Shown here piece by piece: positions 52,192 through 62,337 of a stretch of DNA of 64,000 bases. This DNA is from Candidatus Latescibacterota bacterium (lineage in GTDB: Bacteria > Latescibacterota > UBA2968 > GCA-2709665), in the NCBI GenBank assembly GCA_965116875.1, contig OZ220733.1, positions 2,432,001-2,496,000 of the forward strand, written 5' to 3'. The notes under the pieces were generated by a model. It was given only the letters and a program-made list of their open reading frames with translations, had not been told where the DNA came from and did no database searches. A program made the translations under genes and the position numbers. How positions within the stretch are numbered: the stretch's first letter is position 1; every line of letters begins with the position of its first letter.

Positions 52192-52246
52192 ACCGTCGAT
52201 CTCCTCCATCGTGCCCGACAACGACTCGTGCCGGACATCTCGCAGT

Positions 52247-53374
52247 TTATATCCGTTCCAGGACTTCCAGAAGCCTGTCCACGTCCGCGCTGCCATTGTA
52301 CAGATGGGTGGACACCCGCAGCCGGCCGTATTCCCCCCAGCACAGCACATTGTGCGCCGCGAGAGCCGTTTCGAGCCCCTTGGCGTCGTCCACCGCAAAG
52401 CAGGTGTTTCCGGAACGCGCTCCGCGTTCCCTCGGGCTGATCACCGGGTATCCGAGCCGGTCCAGGCCCGCGCTCACCTCCTCCGAAAGATCGCGCGCGT
52501 GCGCATCGATTTGTTCCATACCCACGCCCAGCAGAACCTCCAGCGCCTTGTCCAGGTGCATCACCACCATCATCGCCGGATTTCCGGGCTCCATCCGGTC
52601 CGGCATCGGCTTTTCATCCACGTCGGGATGGCGCTCGGCGCGCTGGGCCGGCCACACAGCCAGATTCCGCCAGCCATAGCACGTCGTTCCGATCTGGGAC
52701 TCCGCGTGTTCGCTCACGTAGTACGGCGCAACGCCGTGCGTTGCCAGCAGCCATTTGTAGCTGCTGCTCACGGTCACGTCCGTCAACCCCGCGTCGACCC
52801 GCACCACGCCGGACGCATGGGTGGCGTCAACCGCCAGCAGTACGCCCCTCTCGCGCGTTCCCTCGGAGAGCCGCGCCACATCCAGGTTCTGCCCCGTATA
52901 GAAACTCACCTGGCTCACGGCCAGCACCCGGGTGCGTGAATCCACGGCATCCAGCAGGTCCGTCTCGTGGACAAACCAGTCCCGATGCGGAACCAGGCGC
53001 ACCTCCACACCCAGCCGGTCCAGCTGCTTCCACGCGTATGCCACCGACGGGAACTCCAGATTCGTCGTCACCACATTATCCCCGTCCCGCCAGTCCAGGC
53101 CCCGCGCCAGCCAGTTGATCCCCTCGGCCGCGGACGGCATGAACGCAATTCGATTTGCGGGCACGCCCCATAAATCACCCATCCGGCCGCGACAGCGGTT
53201 CCCGATCGTGTAGATCACGCCCCGCCCGTCGTATCCCCCGCTCTTCAGGCGCGAGAACTCGGCATAGACCGACTCCTGCGCCTTCAGCCACGGGCTTTCA
53301 CCTCCCGTACACAGATGTGTGATTCCTTCAAGCCCCACGAATTCTTCCGGTGAAATCAACGGCTCGATCTTCAT
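52247..53374 (-). CDS. Class V PLP aminotransferase (cysteine desulfurase-like fold)
   Basis: EFPSV, VDATH, SSYKWL and LRVSTHLYN motifs. Confidence 0.88.
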   Translation of the reverse strand: MKIEPLISPEEFVGLEGITHLCTGGESPWLKAQESVYAEFSRLKSGGYDGRGVIYTIGNRCRGRMGDLWGVPANRIAFMPSAAEGINWLARGLDWRDGDNVVTTNLEFPSVAYAWKQLDRLGVEVRLVPHRDWFVHETDLLDAVDSRTRVLAVSQVSFYTGQNLDVARLSEGTRERGVLLAVDATHASGVVRVDAGLTDVTVSSSYKWLLATHGVAPYYVSEHAESQIGTTCYGWRNLAVWPAQRAERHPDVDEKPMPDRMEPGNPAMMVVMHLDKALEVLLGVGMEQIDAHARDLSEEVSAGLDRLGYPVISPRERGARSGNTCFAVDDAKGLETALAAHNVLCWGEYGRLRVSTHLYNGSADVDRLLEVLERI

Positions 53375-53389
53375 AGACCCTCATCTGCG

Positions 53390-53428
53390 GAAGCTGTCTT
53401 TAGAAGTTGTTTAAAATTCCCGGCGGTC
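53390..53428 (+). repeat. MITE family B left-end remnant
   Basis: GAAGCTGTCTT...GAAGTTGTTTAAAATTCCCGGCGGTC. Confidence 0.6.
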
Positions 53429-54470
53429 AAACGTGAAAAATGTACAGGTCCCGGTCGACTTCGGACGGCGCCACCCGGGCCCCGTTCCTGCGATGGCTCT
53501 CGGCCACTGCGAAACAGGCCTCCGTGACGTGGTGCGTGACCTCCACGTTGCCCAGCGACGGCTCGCCCGATTCGTGGGCGGCCACCAGGTCCTCCAGACA
53601 TGCCACCACGGCGCTCCGGGGTTCCACCTCCGGAAACCCGGCCGCTTCCACGAACCTGTGTCGTCCCCTCTGTGCGCCCATCTTGCGCAGTTCCCATCCG
53701 GCGCCGTTGTTCCGCGATCGGATCGCCCCATCGCTGCCCACCACCTCGAATTCCCAGTGACCCGCGGGAATTGTCCACGCTTCGACTCCGTCTTCGAATT
53801 CCAGATGATACCTCGAAACCGGATCGTCATCCAGGCGGTTGTTCTCCATTGACAGGTCCTCCGGAAGAAGCTCCCCCCGTACCCGCTCAATCTTCGGATC
53901 GCCCAGCAGATATGAGAGCGTGTCCATCGAATGAACGTGTCCGTGAAGGAGATTCGAGCGGGCAAAATGCACTGCCACACTGGCCTTGCCGATTTCGCCC
54001 TGTGCGATCAGGGCCCTCGCCGCGTGGTAACGGTTGTCGAACCGCCGAAGCACGCCGGTATTGAATACGGTCCCGTGTTTCCGGCACGCATCCCGGACCG
54101 CGTCGGCTTCCGCCATCGAACACGCCATTGCCTTTTCCAGGTAGAGCATCGGAACGCCCGACTGTGCGACGGCCACCCCCATCTCGGCGTGCAGGACCCC
54201 CTTCGTGCACACCGCGACCATATCGGGCCGTTCCACTTCAATCATCTCGAGGTAATCCTCGTATAGCGCCGCCACCCCCCATTTCTCGCCGAATGCGCGA
54301 CGTTTCTCCGCCACGAGGTCCGATCCGGCAGCGAGTTCCAGGCGTTCACTCGCCACGCACGATGCGGCCACCGAATACGGCAAGGCGATGGATGGATAGC
54401 CCACCACTTCCTCGTCGATCGTACTTCCCATGCGACCCAGGCCCACAATGGCGACCCGATACGTCTTCAT
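53427..54470 (-). CDS. Gfo/Idh/MocA-family oxidoreductase
   Basis: VGLGRMG, LEKAMA, RRF and HGHVHSMD motifs. Confidence 0.9.
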   Translation of the reverse strand: MKTYRVAIVGLGRMGSTIDEEVVGYPSIALPYSVAASCVASERLELAAGSDLVAEKRRAFGEKWGVAALYEDYLEMIEVERPDMVAVCTKGVLHAEMGVAVAQSGVPMLYLEKAMACSMAEADAVRDACRKHGTVFNTGVLRRFDNRYHAARALIAQGEIGKASVAVHFARSNLLHGHVHSMDTLSYLLGDPKIERVRGELLPEDLSMENNRLDDDPVSRYHLEFEDGVEAWTIPAGHWEFEVVGSDGAIRSRNNGAGWELRKMGAQRGRHRFVEAAGFPEVEPRSAVVACLEDLVAAHESGEPSLGNVEVTHHVTEACFAVAESHRRNGARVAPSEVDRDLYIFHV

Positions 54471-54486
54471 AGATCTGCTCCTTTTG

Positions 54487-54527
54487 GAAGCTGTCTCTAA
54501 ATTCCCAGCGGTCTTCGCGTGGCTGCA
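54487..54527 (+). repeat. MITE family B left-end remnant
   Basis: GAAGCTGTCTCTAAATTCCCAGCGGTCTTCGCGTGGCTGCA matches 16232-16272. Confidence 0.75.
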
Positions 54528-54764
54528 TGCCGTCAACAATCAGCGAGCCACAACGCCGGCTTTCGCCATTCAGTTTTTCAGTGCAGGCAGAAAGATGCAT
54601 TTTAACACCCGAAATCGGAAGCGTCAAGGTCAAAAACGCACATTCGGAGACCCCGCTTGCGCCGGCGCCGCCAATTCCTTATTTTCCGGAATAACGCAGA
54701 TGCCTCAAAGCGAGACAGACGGGCGATCGGACAGGGGCGGATTAATCCGGATCGGACACTCACC

Positions 54765-55301
54765 ATGCAGGAAGGCCACGTTGTTGATTCTCTCCTGATT
54801 GACGGGACTGAGACGCGCTTTCGGTATCCTCGCTGGAGCGACCTCGACGCCTTCATCGACATGCACCGGACGCTTACGCACGAAAAAGTCATGTGCAGAC
54901 GACTTGAACTCGACGCCGCTTCAGGGGGCCGGAAACTCTCACATGCACTTGTCGGGATTCAGCAGAATCGATCCAGTTATCTCCTCGTCGAACAGGGTGG
55001 CGTTCTCGTGGGCGAAGGATTCACCCTCCGAAGCGGGCACGAATACCAGACCATCGGACTGGCCCTGGTAGCTCGAGCGCGGGGCCGGGGAGTTGGCACC
55101 CGCCTGATGCATGTCCTGGAAGAAGAGGCCCGGAGGCTGGGCGCGCGCAGGCTGTATCTCACCGTCTGGTCCGCCAATGTTTCCGCGGTCCACGTCTACC
55201 GGAAAGTCGGCTACGTTGAATGCGGATGTCGCCCGGACTGGGTATTGATGGACTCCGGCGAGACCTGCGATCTTATCGATATGGTGAAGATCCTGGAATA
55301 G
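54765..55301 (+). CDS. GNAT-family N-acetyltransferase
   Basis: ARGRGVGTRLM and LTVWSANVSAVHVYRKVGY motifs. Confidence 0.85.
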   Translation: MQEGHVVDSLLIDGTETRFRYPRWSDLDAFIDMHRTLTHEKVMCRRLELDAASGGRKLSHALVGIQQNRSSYLLVEQGGVLVGEGFTLRSGHEYQTIGLALVARARGRGVGTRLMHVLEEEARRLGARRLYLTVWSANVSAVHVYRKVGYVECGCRPDWVLMDSGETCDLIDMVKILE

Positions 55302-55404
55302 AAGCTGTCAGCGATCCGCCGTCAGCCAAAACAAAAGCAAAGGCAAAAACCCCTTTTCCCTTATTCCCTGCCTACGGCGTGTTCCCTGAAACCGGGAAGA
55401 GGAG

Positions 55405-55473
55405 GGTAGACCGTGGACGGGAGAAGAAGCCCTTTACGGCATGCGATCTCTCCCCTCTCCCGTCTCACCGATT
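55405..55473. repeat. Repeat family C, copy 3
   Basis: Shares TCTCTCCCCTCTCCCGTCTCACCGATT with 1244-1270 and CTTTACGGCATGCGATCTCT with the inverted copy near 23980. Confidence 0.7.
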
Positions 55474-55540
55474 CAAGGTAAGTTCCGGTTTCTGAATCGA
55501 GAGGCCATTGAAATGCTCCCCCAAATGACCCGTTCAATCC

Positions 55541-56341
55541 ATGTCCAATAAAAACGAAAAACAACCCATCAACTGGTCCGCGCTGACGTCCTTCAGCTTC
55601 GCGGGCGTACAGGTCGCCGTGATCGCCGGTGTGGCCGTGGCGGTGGTGGCGGCTTCCGAACTCGTGGTCCGCGCGTGGGACATCCCGTCCTACGTTTTCC
55701 CGCTTCCGAGTGAGATCGCATCCGCGCTCTACAGGTCTTTCCCGCTCATCTGGCCCCACTTGCTGGTTACGCTCCAGGAATTGGGTCTGGGATATGCGAT
55801 CGGGGCCGTCGCGGGCATTCTCCTGGCCGCGCTGATCACGCAGTTCCCGTTTGCGGAAAAGATCGTCACGCCGTATATCCTGATTCTGGTTACCACGCCG
55901 ATGCTCGCTCTCGTGCCGCTGCTGATCCTCAAGTTCGGATTCGGCCAGACGCCCCGGGTCATCGCGGTCGCTCTCGCGGTGGGTCCAATGGTCATGATCA
56001 ACGCCGCCACCGGCTTCCGCAGGACCGACCTGGCGAAGATCGCCCTGGCCCGCTCATACGGCGCCTCGACGCTTCAGATCTTCTACAAGGTCCGGTTCCC
56101 ACTCGCGCTGCCGATGATCATCGTGGGATTGATGGTCGGCGGCATTTTCGGCCTCTTGACCGCGATCGGCGCGGAGATGGTGGGAGGCGGTTCCGGCCTG
56201 GGCAATCGCCTTGTCTATTATTCGTCGCTCGCGCGCATGTCCAATTTTTTCGCCGTGATCATCCTCATTGCGGCTATTGGCATCGGTCTGTACGTCGCCT
56301 TTTACCTGATCGGCAAGAAATGGGCGAACTGGGAGAATTAG
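55541..56341 (+). CDS. ABC transporter permease (SsuC/TauC/NitT family)
   Basis: Six TM helices; EAA-like LARSYGAS loop, AEMVGG.SGLG. Confidence 0.9.
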   Translation: MSNKNEKQPINWSALTSFSFAGVQVAVIAGVAVAVVAASELVVRAWDIPSYVFPLPSEIASALYRSFPLIWPHLLVTLQELGLGYAIGAVAGILLAALITQFPFAEKIVTPYILILVTTPMLALVPLLILKFGFGQTPRVIAVALAVGPMVMINAATGFRRTDLAKIALARSYGASTLQIFYKVRFPLALPMIIVGLMVGGIFGLLTAIGAEMVGGGSGLGNRLVYYSSLARMSNFFAVIILIAAIGIGLYVAFYLIGKKWANWEN

Positions 56342-56407
56342 CGAAAGCCGGGGAGAGAGGTCCGGGCGCGTTGTCAATCCGTCAAGATTCAACCAGGAGG
56401 ATATGAA

Positions 56408-57520
56408 ATGAAAACAGACACCCTTACCCGCCGCGAATTCCTGGGGTATTCATCGGCCATGGGCGTCATGCTCTGCATTCCCGCCAACCCGCTCAGCGCG
56501 GGCGAAGCCGACAAGATCGTCTGGGTCTCTCCTCGGGGAAACCTGGAGGTGATGGACGACTTCAACCTCTGGGTCGCCCACGAAATGGGCTACTTCAAGG
56601 AACTGAACCTGGACGTGGTGCTGCAACCCGGTCCCACCGAGGCGCTGGCGGTGACCAAACTGGTGGGCCAGAAACAGGCTGATATGGGGTTTCCGTCTCC
56701 CGGCGTTCTGCTGTCCAGTATCGACGCGGGGATCCCGGTTGTCCTCGTGTGGGAAATGGTGATGAAGCAGGTCTTTGACTTCGCGTTACCGGAAGACAGT
56801 CCGATCACGAAGGTCCAGGACCTGGCAGGGAAGAAGATCGCCGTCGCCTCGGAAGGATGGCGCGTGATCATCGATCCCATTCTCGTGGAGGCGGGGGTGG
56901 ATCCCGGTTCCGTCACGTACCTGAACGGCGGCCCTCAGTGGGGACAGATGGTCGCGCTTGGACGCGCGGACGCGGGGCTCGCCTGGAGAGGGCTGGCCGC
57001 CCAGTGGAAGGCGCTGGGAATGAAGCTCAAGTTTCTTGTGGGTATGGAGTTCTCAAAACATCCTTCCAACGGTTATGCCATCCACCGCGACGACCTGAAG
57101 GATGAAACCCGCGTGGACATCTGGACGCGGTTCTTCAAGGCCAATTGCATGGCCTACGAATTCTCGCGGGCCAACCCGCGCGCGGCCGGCCAGATCACCT
57201 ACGGCCGGTTTCCGGCCCTGCAGGAGCAGATGGCGCCGCAGCTTGCGCTGGATTCCATGCTCGAACTGGGCACCATCTACTTTGACGGCGACCGCATCGG
57301 CAAAGGGTACGGATACAGCGACCTGGAATCCTGGCAGGCCTACATCGACACCGTTCACAAACTCGGGCAGATCCGGAACCACTACAAGGCCGAAGACGTC
57401 GTCAGCAACGTTTTCGTCAAGGATGCGAACGACGTCGACAAGGACCGCGCCCGCGCGGAAGGGAAGACCTTCGAACTGAACGATGACTTCAAGGATCTGA
57501 AAATCAATTATCCGGTGTAA
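56408..57520 (+). CDS. ABC substrate-binding protein (NMT1/THI5/SsuA-like) with Tat signal
   Basis: TRREFL twin-arginine motif; GYFKELNLDV and DLAGKKIAV motifs. Confidence 0.85.
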   Translation: MKTDTLTRREFLGYSSAMGVMLCIPANPLSAGEADKIVWVSPRGNLEVMDDFNLWVAHEMGYFKELNLDVVLQPGPTEALAVTKLVGQKQADMGFPSPGVLLSSIDAGIPVVLVWEMVMKQVFDFALPEDSPITKVQDLAGKKIAVASEGWRVIIDPILVEAGVDPGSVTYLNGGPQWGQMVALGRADAGLAWRGLAAQWKALGMKLKFLVGMEFSKHPSNGYAIHRDDLKDETRVDIWTRFFKANCMAYEFSRANPRAAGQITYGRFPALQEQMAPQLALDSMLELGTIYFDGDRIGKGYGYSDLESWQAYIDTVHKLGQIRNHYKAEDVVSNVFVKDANDVDKDRARAEGKTFELNDDFKDLKINYPV

Positions 57521-57544
57521 AAAAGGAAGCAGGAGACACTTGTC

Positions 57545-58726
57545 ATGACCGACGAAGGCAACACGACGTACCCGGGCATCAGGATCACGGGCGTGGACAC
57601 CTTCCTTGTGGAAGGCAACTGCTGTTTTGTGAAGATCAGAACAAACGAGGGGATCACGGGACTGGGCGAGGGGTCGATCAGCGACAACAAGGTGGGCACC
57701 ATCGCCCAGTGCATCAAGGATTTAGAGGGTCACCTCATCGGAAAGAATCCCACGGACATCGAGCTGCTCTGGCAGGGGCTGTTTCGCTGGAACCGCTGGC
57801 ACGTGGGCGTACTCTTCACCACCGCTCTGAGCGCCATCGACATCGCCCTGTGGGACATCCTCGGAAAGATCGCCGGCCTGCCGATTTACAAGCTCCTCGG
57901 GGGCGCCGCGCGGGACAAGGTGCGCATCTACGCCGGTGGCGGGGGGAGAGCAGGCGTGCAGCGCGCACGGGCCATGGGATGCAATGCCGTCAAGACGGGG
58001 CCGCCGGTGACAAAAGCCGGTGACCCCCTCACCGTACCCATGCCCTGGGACCTGAAGCGCGCGGTTGCACAGATCGAGGAAATGCGGATCGAAGGGGGCG
58101 ATGACTTCGATATACTCATCGACGCCCACGGCCGGCTGACGCCCACCATGGCCCTGGAGTACTGCAAGGCCGTGGAACCCTACCGCCCCTTCTGGGTGGA
58201 GGAGCCGATCCAGGTGGAAGGATCGAACGACGCCCTCGAGTGGTTGAGCGACCGGACGACGGTGCCCCTGTGCATGGGCGAGCGGAACTTCACCAAATGG
58301 GGATTTCAGGATATCATCGCCAAACGCCTGGTGAGCTACCTCAATCCGGATATCGTCCACTGCGGCGGCATCTCGGAGTTCAAGAAGATCGCGGCCATGG
58401 CGGAGGCGCAGTACATCCAGGTCTCACCCCACATCACCTACAGCAGGGTGGGTGTGGCCGCCGAGATCCACATGGGCCTGAACTGCCCGAACAGCGTGAT
58501 CCAGGAAATGGCGTCGTATGCGGACGATTCATCCAGAGAAAAGACCGGCTGGCGGGACGACCTGTTCCACGGGCACCGGTTCCAGGTCGAGGACGGTTTC
58601 GTAACGTTGCCGGATACCCCGGGTCTCGGACTCGAACTGAACGAGGAGGTCGCCCTGGCGCATCCCTATAAGCCGATTCTTCGGGAGGAACTCAGGTACG
58701 AGGACGGATCCGTGGAGGATAACTGA
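57545..58726 (+). CDS. Mandelate racemase-subgroup acid-sugar dehydratase (DgoD-like)
   Basis: SAIDIALWDI.GK, IDAHGR, WVEEP, GER, PDIVHCGGI and PGLG motifs. Confidence 0.88.
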   Translation: MTDEGNTTYPGIRITGVDTFLVEGNCCFVKIRTNEGITGLGEGSISDNKVGTIAQCIKDLEGHLIGKNPTDIELLWQGLFRWNRWHVGVLFTTALSAIDIALWDILGKIAGLPIYKLLGGAARDKVRIYAGGGGRAGVQRARAMGCNAVKTGPPVTKAGDPLTVPMPWDLKRAVAQIEEMRIEGGDDFDILIDAHGRLTPTMALEYCKAVEPYRPFWVEEPIQVEGSNDALEWLSDRTTVPLCMGERNFTKWGFQDIIAKRLVSYLNPDIVHCGGISEFKKIAAMAEAQYIQVSPHITYSRVGVAAEIHMGLNCPNSVIQEMASYADDSSREKTGWRDDLFHGHRFQVEDGFVTLPDTPGLGLELNEEVALAHPYKPILREELRYEDGSVEDN

Positions 58727-58770
58727 AGAACGGGACATCGAAGGACTCCCTGGCCGGCGTATATAGCCTG

Positions 58771-60897
58771 TCATGTATTCATCACGACCGCCGCATAGCT
58801 TTCCGGGCCGCAAACCCCCGCGCTGTTGCGCGCCTTGAGCCGAAGTTGATTCAGGCCTTCGCGCAGGCGCCATTCCAGCGAGGGGGTTTTCTGTTCCCTC
58901 CATTCGGCTCCGTCGATCTTCACCAGAAAGGCGTCAAAGCAAGGCGTCTCGGTGTCCGCATCCACGTGCAGGACGTCCGGTTCGGCGGTTTCGCTCAGGA
59001 AGAGTTCCGTCTGGTTGAGCGGGGGGCTGAAATCCTGCCAGCGCCTGGTGTGTTGATGGTATTCCCGTTTGCGGGGGAACACGTCGCTGTAGAAACAGTA
59101 GAAGAGATCGCTTCCCCAGTTGCTGGAAATCCGCCACGGCAGCGGCCAGGGCCGGCTGGCAAAATCGTTGCGCCGAACCATTTGCAGGTGTCCCTTGAGC
59201 ATCAGGTGCTCCGGGCCTCCGCTCAGGTCGTCAATTGAAAATGCATTGTCGCCCTGGCGATAGGCAACGCGGGCGGCGCGGAGCATTTCGAGGTCCGGCA
59301 GGCGCCACTGGATGGGATACTCCCACGTCGCCGGTCCCGGCATGATTTCGGCCAGGCGCTCGCTGATTTCCACCAGACCCAGGGGAATCCCCGTGTCGGG
59401 ATCGTAGATGTAGTAATCGCGCGTGGCATCCAGGAATATCCACTTGTCGAACTCGTTGGACCACACTTCCGCCACTTCGTGGCCGTAGGTGTGCTTCGTG
59501 GAGATATTGACCCACCGGGCCGGAAAGCCCAGGGACAGACAGGCGGCGATCAGGGTCAGGTTGCAGTAGAGGCAGTGGCCGTCGCGCCGGCGTTGCCGGT
59601 ATTCGTCCAAAAGGCGGGGACGTCCGCTTGCATCCCTCTCGAGTCGAGGCAGATCAAGGTAATTCCATTGGTACGCATCCAGGCGATCGAGCGGCACTAA
59701 ATAGGCCCAGCGCATGAGTTTCAGTTGCGCTTCGAACTCAGTGGCCGCGTCCGAAACGATCGCGTCCAGTTCAAATCGCTGGCGCAGTTCGTTCAAGCGG
59801 GCGAAATCCTCGTGGACGTAGGGCAGAGATGGGCGGATGACGCGACCGTTACGGAACTCCAGAAGGCGGCATCGTCTGTCGAAGCGGTGCTTGTGCTCGC
59901 GGTACCTCGTTTCCACGGAAATGCCTTTGAACACCGGCGTCACCAGCGGACTGTGGGCGCGCATGACAATCCTGAATTGCATGTAGCGCCCGGCGGGAGC
60001 GCGCCAGGTCCTTGAGAGATTCCCTACAGGCTCGAACGGTGGCCATGCGGCGGCTGAAGGTACTGGATTGTCGCCCAGGCGCGCCTCTACACTCACCTGG
60101 CTTCCCTGGGGCACATCCGCCTCCCATGTTACCCGGCATTCTTTCAGGTCGAGCAATTTCCCGATCCCCTTTGCGTCGTCTCCGGTAGCCAGGTCGATCA
60201 CCGGCGAGACAAAGGCGCCCTGCGGTACGCTGCGATCCAGGCTCAGGCGGATGGCGTATTCGCCGTCGATTTCATCTTTCCAGCCCAGGCGCTCAAAATC
60301 CCAGGTGCGGCCTCCGTCCCGGCTCTTTGCGCTGCGGTTTGGGTGGCAAAGTCGCGTTTCAGATCCACGCCTGTATTCTCCATCGGCAGCCACCATGATT
60401 TCCCAACTGGTCTCCTCCGATTCGGTCCAGAGGACGAACTCATTGGTACCCTGCCGCAGGGCGCCCACCGGAACGGCCACGACGAACCAGTTGTCGAAAT
60501 GCGAGCCTCCCCAGTCGCTGGTGTAGTAGTGGCGGGCGGCGGGGTGGGCTATCTTGCTCGGAGGCCGGATCAGTTGGTGACCGTTGACACAGATGTGCAG
60601 CGCATGGTCATTGTCGTCCATTTCCCGTCCATTGAAGACCAGATAGGCAGCCGTGGCGCGAGGGTCGTCCAGGACCAGATCCTTGCGGACCATCACGCCT
60701 TCCTGCAATTTCTCGAACCACGACCGCTCCTCAGCGCCCTGGGGTTGGCCGATGCCAGGCGCATCGTCTTCGATCAGGAGCATATCATTGAGGACGATGG
60801 TCTTTGTCAGTTCGCAGTATTGGACCTGATCGAACTGACCCCGCGCTTCCAGCGCGGCGGCATTGAGCGAAAAACAGAAATCGCTCTCCGTCGACAT
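58771..60897 (-). CDS. Large protein with a transglutaminase-like domain
   Basis: GHC...GFPARWV...GHEVAEVWSNEFDKWIFLDAT (Cys-His-Asp triad). Confidence 0.75.
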   Translation of the reverse strand: MSTESDFCFSLNAAALEARGQFDQVQYCELTKTIVLNDMLLIEDDAPGIGQPQGAEERSWFEKLQEGVMVRKDLVLDDPRATAAYLVFNGREMDDNDHALHICVNGHQLIRPPSKIAHPAARHYYTSDWGGSHFDNWFVVAVPVGALRQGTNEFVLWTESEETSWEIMVAADGEYRRGSETRLCHPNRSAKSRDGGRTWDFERLGWKDEIDGEYAIRLSLDRSVPQGAFVSPVIDLATGDDAKGIGKLLDLKECRVTWEADVPQGSQVSVEARLGDNPVPSAAAWPPFEPVGNLSRTWRAPAGRYMQFRIVMRAHSPLVTPVFKGISVETRYREHKHRFDRRCRLLEFRNGRVIRPSLPYVHEDFARLNELRQRFELDAIVSDAATEFEAQLKLMRWAYLVPLDRLDAYQWNYLDLPRLERDASGRPRLLDEYRQRRRDGHCLYCNLTLIAACLSLGFPARWVNISTKHTYGHEVAEVWSNEFDKWIFLDATRDYYIYDPDTGIPLGLVEISERLAEIMPGPATWEYPIQWRLPDLEMLRAARVAYRQGDNAFSIDDLSGGPEHLMLKGHLQMVRRNDFASRPWPLPWRISSNWGSDLFYCFYSDVFPRKREYHQHTRRWQDFSPPLNQTELFLSETAEPDVLHVDADTETPCFDAFLVKIDGAEWREQKTPSLEWRLREGLNQLRLKARNSAGVCGPESYAAVVMNT

Positions 60898-60980
60898 ATT
60901 TGAAACCTCCTCTGACAAGTGTCCTGTCCCAGAACTACCTCACCATTCGACCGGCGATTCATCCCGTCTCGCTGAAACGT

Positions 60981-61112
60981 GGTCATTGAGCTTGTCGAAA
61001 TGCCCGCGTTTCAATATCAGCCGATGGCCTATCGATATCCCTTCGCCGACCCTTCGACAAGCTCAGGGAGCGGCTCAGAGCTCACCCGCTGACTCCTGAG
61101 CCTGTCGAAGGA
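60981..61112. repeat. Cluster of CCCTTCGACAAGCTCAGG-type REP-like units
   Basis: TGAGCTTGTCGAAA (60987), CCCTTCGACAAGCTCAGGG (61050) and CCTGAGCCTGTCGAAGG (61095) in alternating orientation. Confidence 0.75.
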
Positions 61113-61178
61113 TGCGAAACGGGCGACTCGACGGCCGAATCCTGGCAACTTACTTCCGGGACAGATCACCGATCCCGG

Positions 61179-62234
61179 TCATCTCCACGACGCGCGCAGC
61201 AGGCGGATCCAGTTTCCGTGCATGACGTCGGCGACGTCTGCCTGCGAGTAACCGCGCTTTTCGAGGATGGCCGGAATCTTCCGAAGGTCGGCGATGGTGT
61301 CGAGATCGGAGGGGCACTGCTCCTTGCCGAAGCCGCCGTCCAGGTCGGTGCCGATGGCGGCATGGCGCGAGTTCCCGGTCAGCTGGCAGACGTGGTCGAC
61401 GTGGTCCACCACGGTCTCCAGCGTGATGCCCGTGTTGTCCATAGCGGCCCGGTCCCACAATGGGGAGACCATCCAGACGTCCAAGGCGGCGCCAATAACG
61501 CCGCCGCGTTGCGCCAGCGTCTTAATCTGTCGATCATCGAGCTGGCGGTCGTGGTCGCACAGGGCTCTGCAGCAGTTGTGCGTGGCAATCACGGGACCGG
61601 TGAAGATCTCCAGTGCCTCCCAGAATGCCTGCTCGGCCAGGTGGCTCACATCGAAGATGATTCCGGCCGCGTCCAGGGCTTCCAGCATCGGGCGTCCTCT
61701 GGCAGTCAGGCCGCCGGGAGCCTGGGTCCCGTGTGAGTATGCGCTGATCCCGTAGTGACACAGGCTCACGATCCGCAGGCCTTGATCCCACCACTCCGGT
61801 ACCTGTTCCGGCGCCACAATACCGTCCGCCCCTTCCATGCTGAGGACAAACCCCAGCGGGGTCGTCTGCGGATCCTCATCCCACTCGGCCAGATGGGCGT
61901 CGAGTTCGGTCCGGTCGCGTATCTGGCGCAGGACGCCCCTGGCCTCCATCAGGCGGTAGTAGGCCAACTCGCCCCTGCACCTGGCGTAGGCGATGTCCTG
62001 GGTGCGCACGCCGGAAAAGCGATTGCCCATCGAAGCGAGCCGGGAGTGCACCGTGACGAAGAAGAGTCCGATTCCGCCGCGCCGCAGTTCGGCGAAATTC
62101 ACCACGTTCATGCCGCGGCCCTTCTGCATCATTCCTGCCTCGGCCTCGCGAATTTCGGCGATGGGCTGGAGCAGGTCCCTGTCCCATTCGAGCGCGTTGT
62201 GGGCGATGTCCAGGTGAGAATCGACGATCAGCAT
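61179..62234 (-). CDS. Membrane dipeptidase (peptidase M19) family
   Basis: VDSHLD, SMEGAD, DVSHL, THN and IGTDLDGG motifs. Confidence 0.9.
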   Translation of the reverse strand: MLIVDSHLDIAHNALEWDRDLLQPIAEIREAEAGMMQKGRGMNVVNFAELRRGGIGLFFVTVHSRLASMGNRFSGVRTQDIAYARCRGELAYYRLMEARGVLRQIRDRTELDAHLAEWDEDPQTTPLGFVLSMEGADGIVAPEQVPEWWDQGLRIVSLCHYGISAYSHGTQAPGGLTARGRPMLEALDAAGIIFDVSHLAEQAFWEALEIFTGPVIATHNCCRALCDHDRQLDDRQIKTLAQRGGVIGAALDVWMVSPLWDRAAMDNTGITLETVVDHVDHVCQLTGNSRHAAIGTDLDGGFGKEQCPSDLDTIADLRKIPAILEKRGYSQADVADVMHGNWIRLLRASWR

Positions 62235-62337
62235 GGAGATTCTCCTATCGGAAATGTCATTGGGCAATCCGCCCTCGCTCCAGGGAACGCAAACCGTACC
62301 GGTCCCAGGACGGTTTCTTTTTCTGTATTCAGATGAA

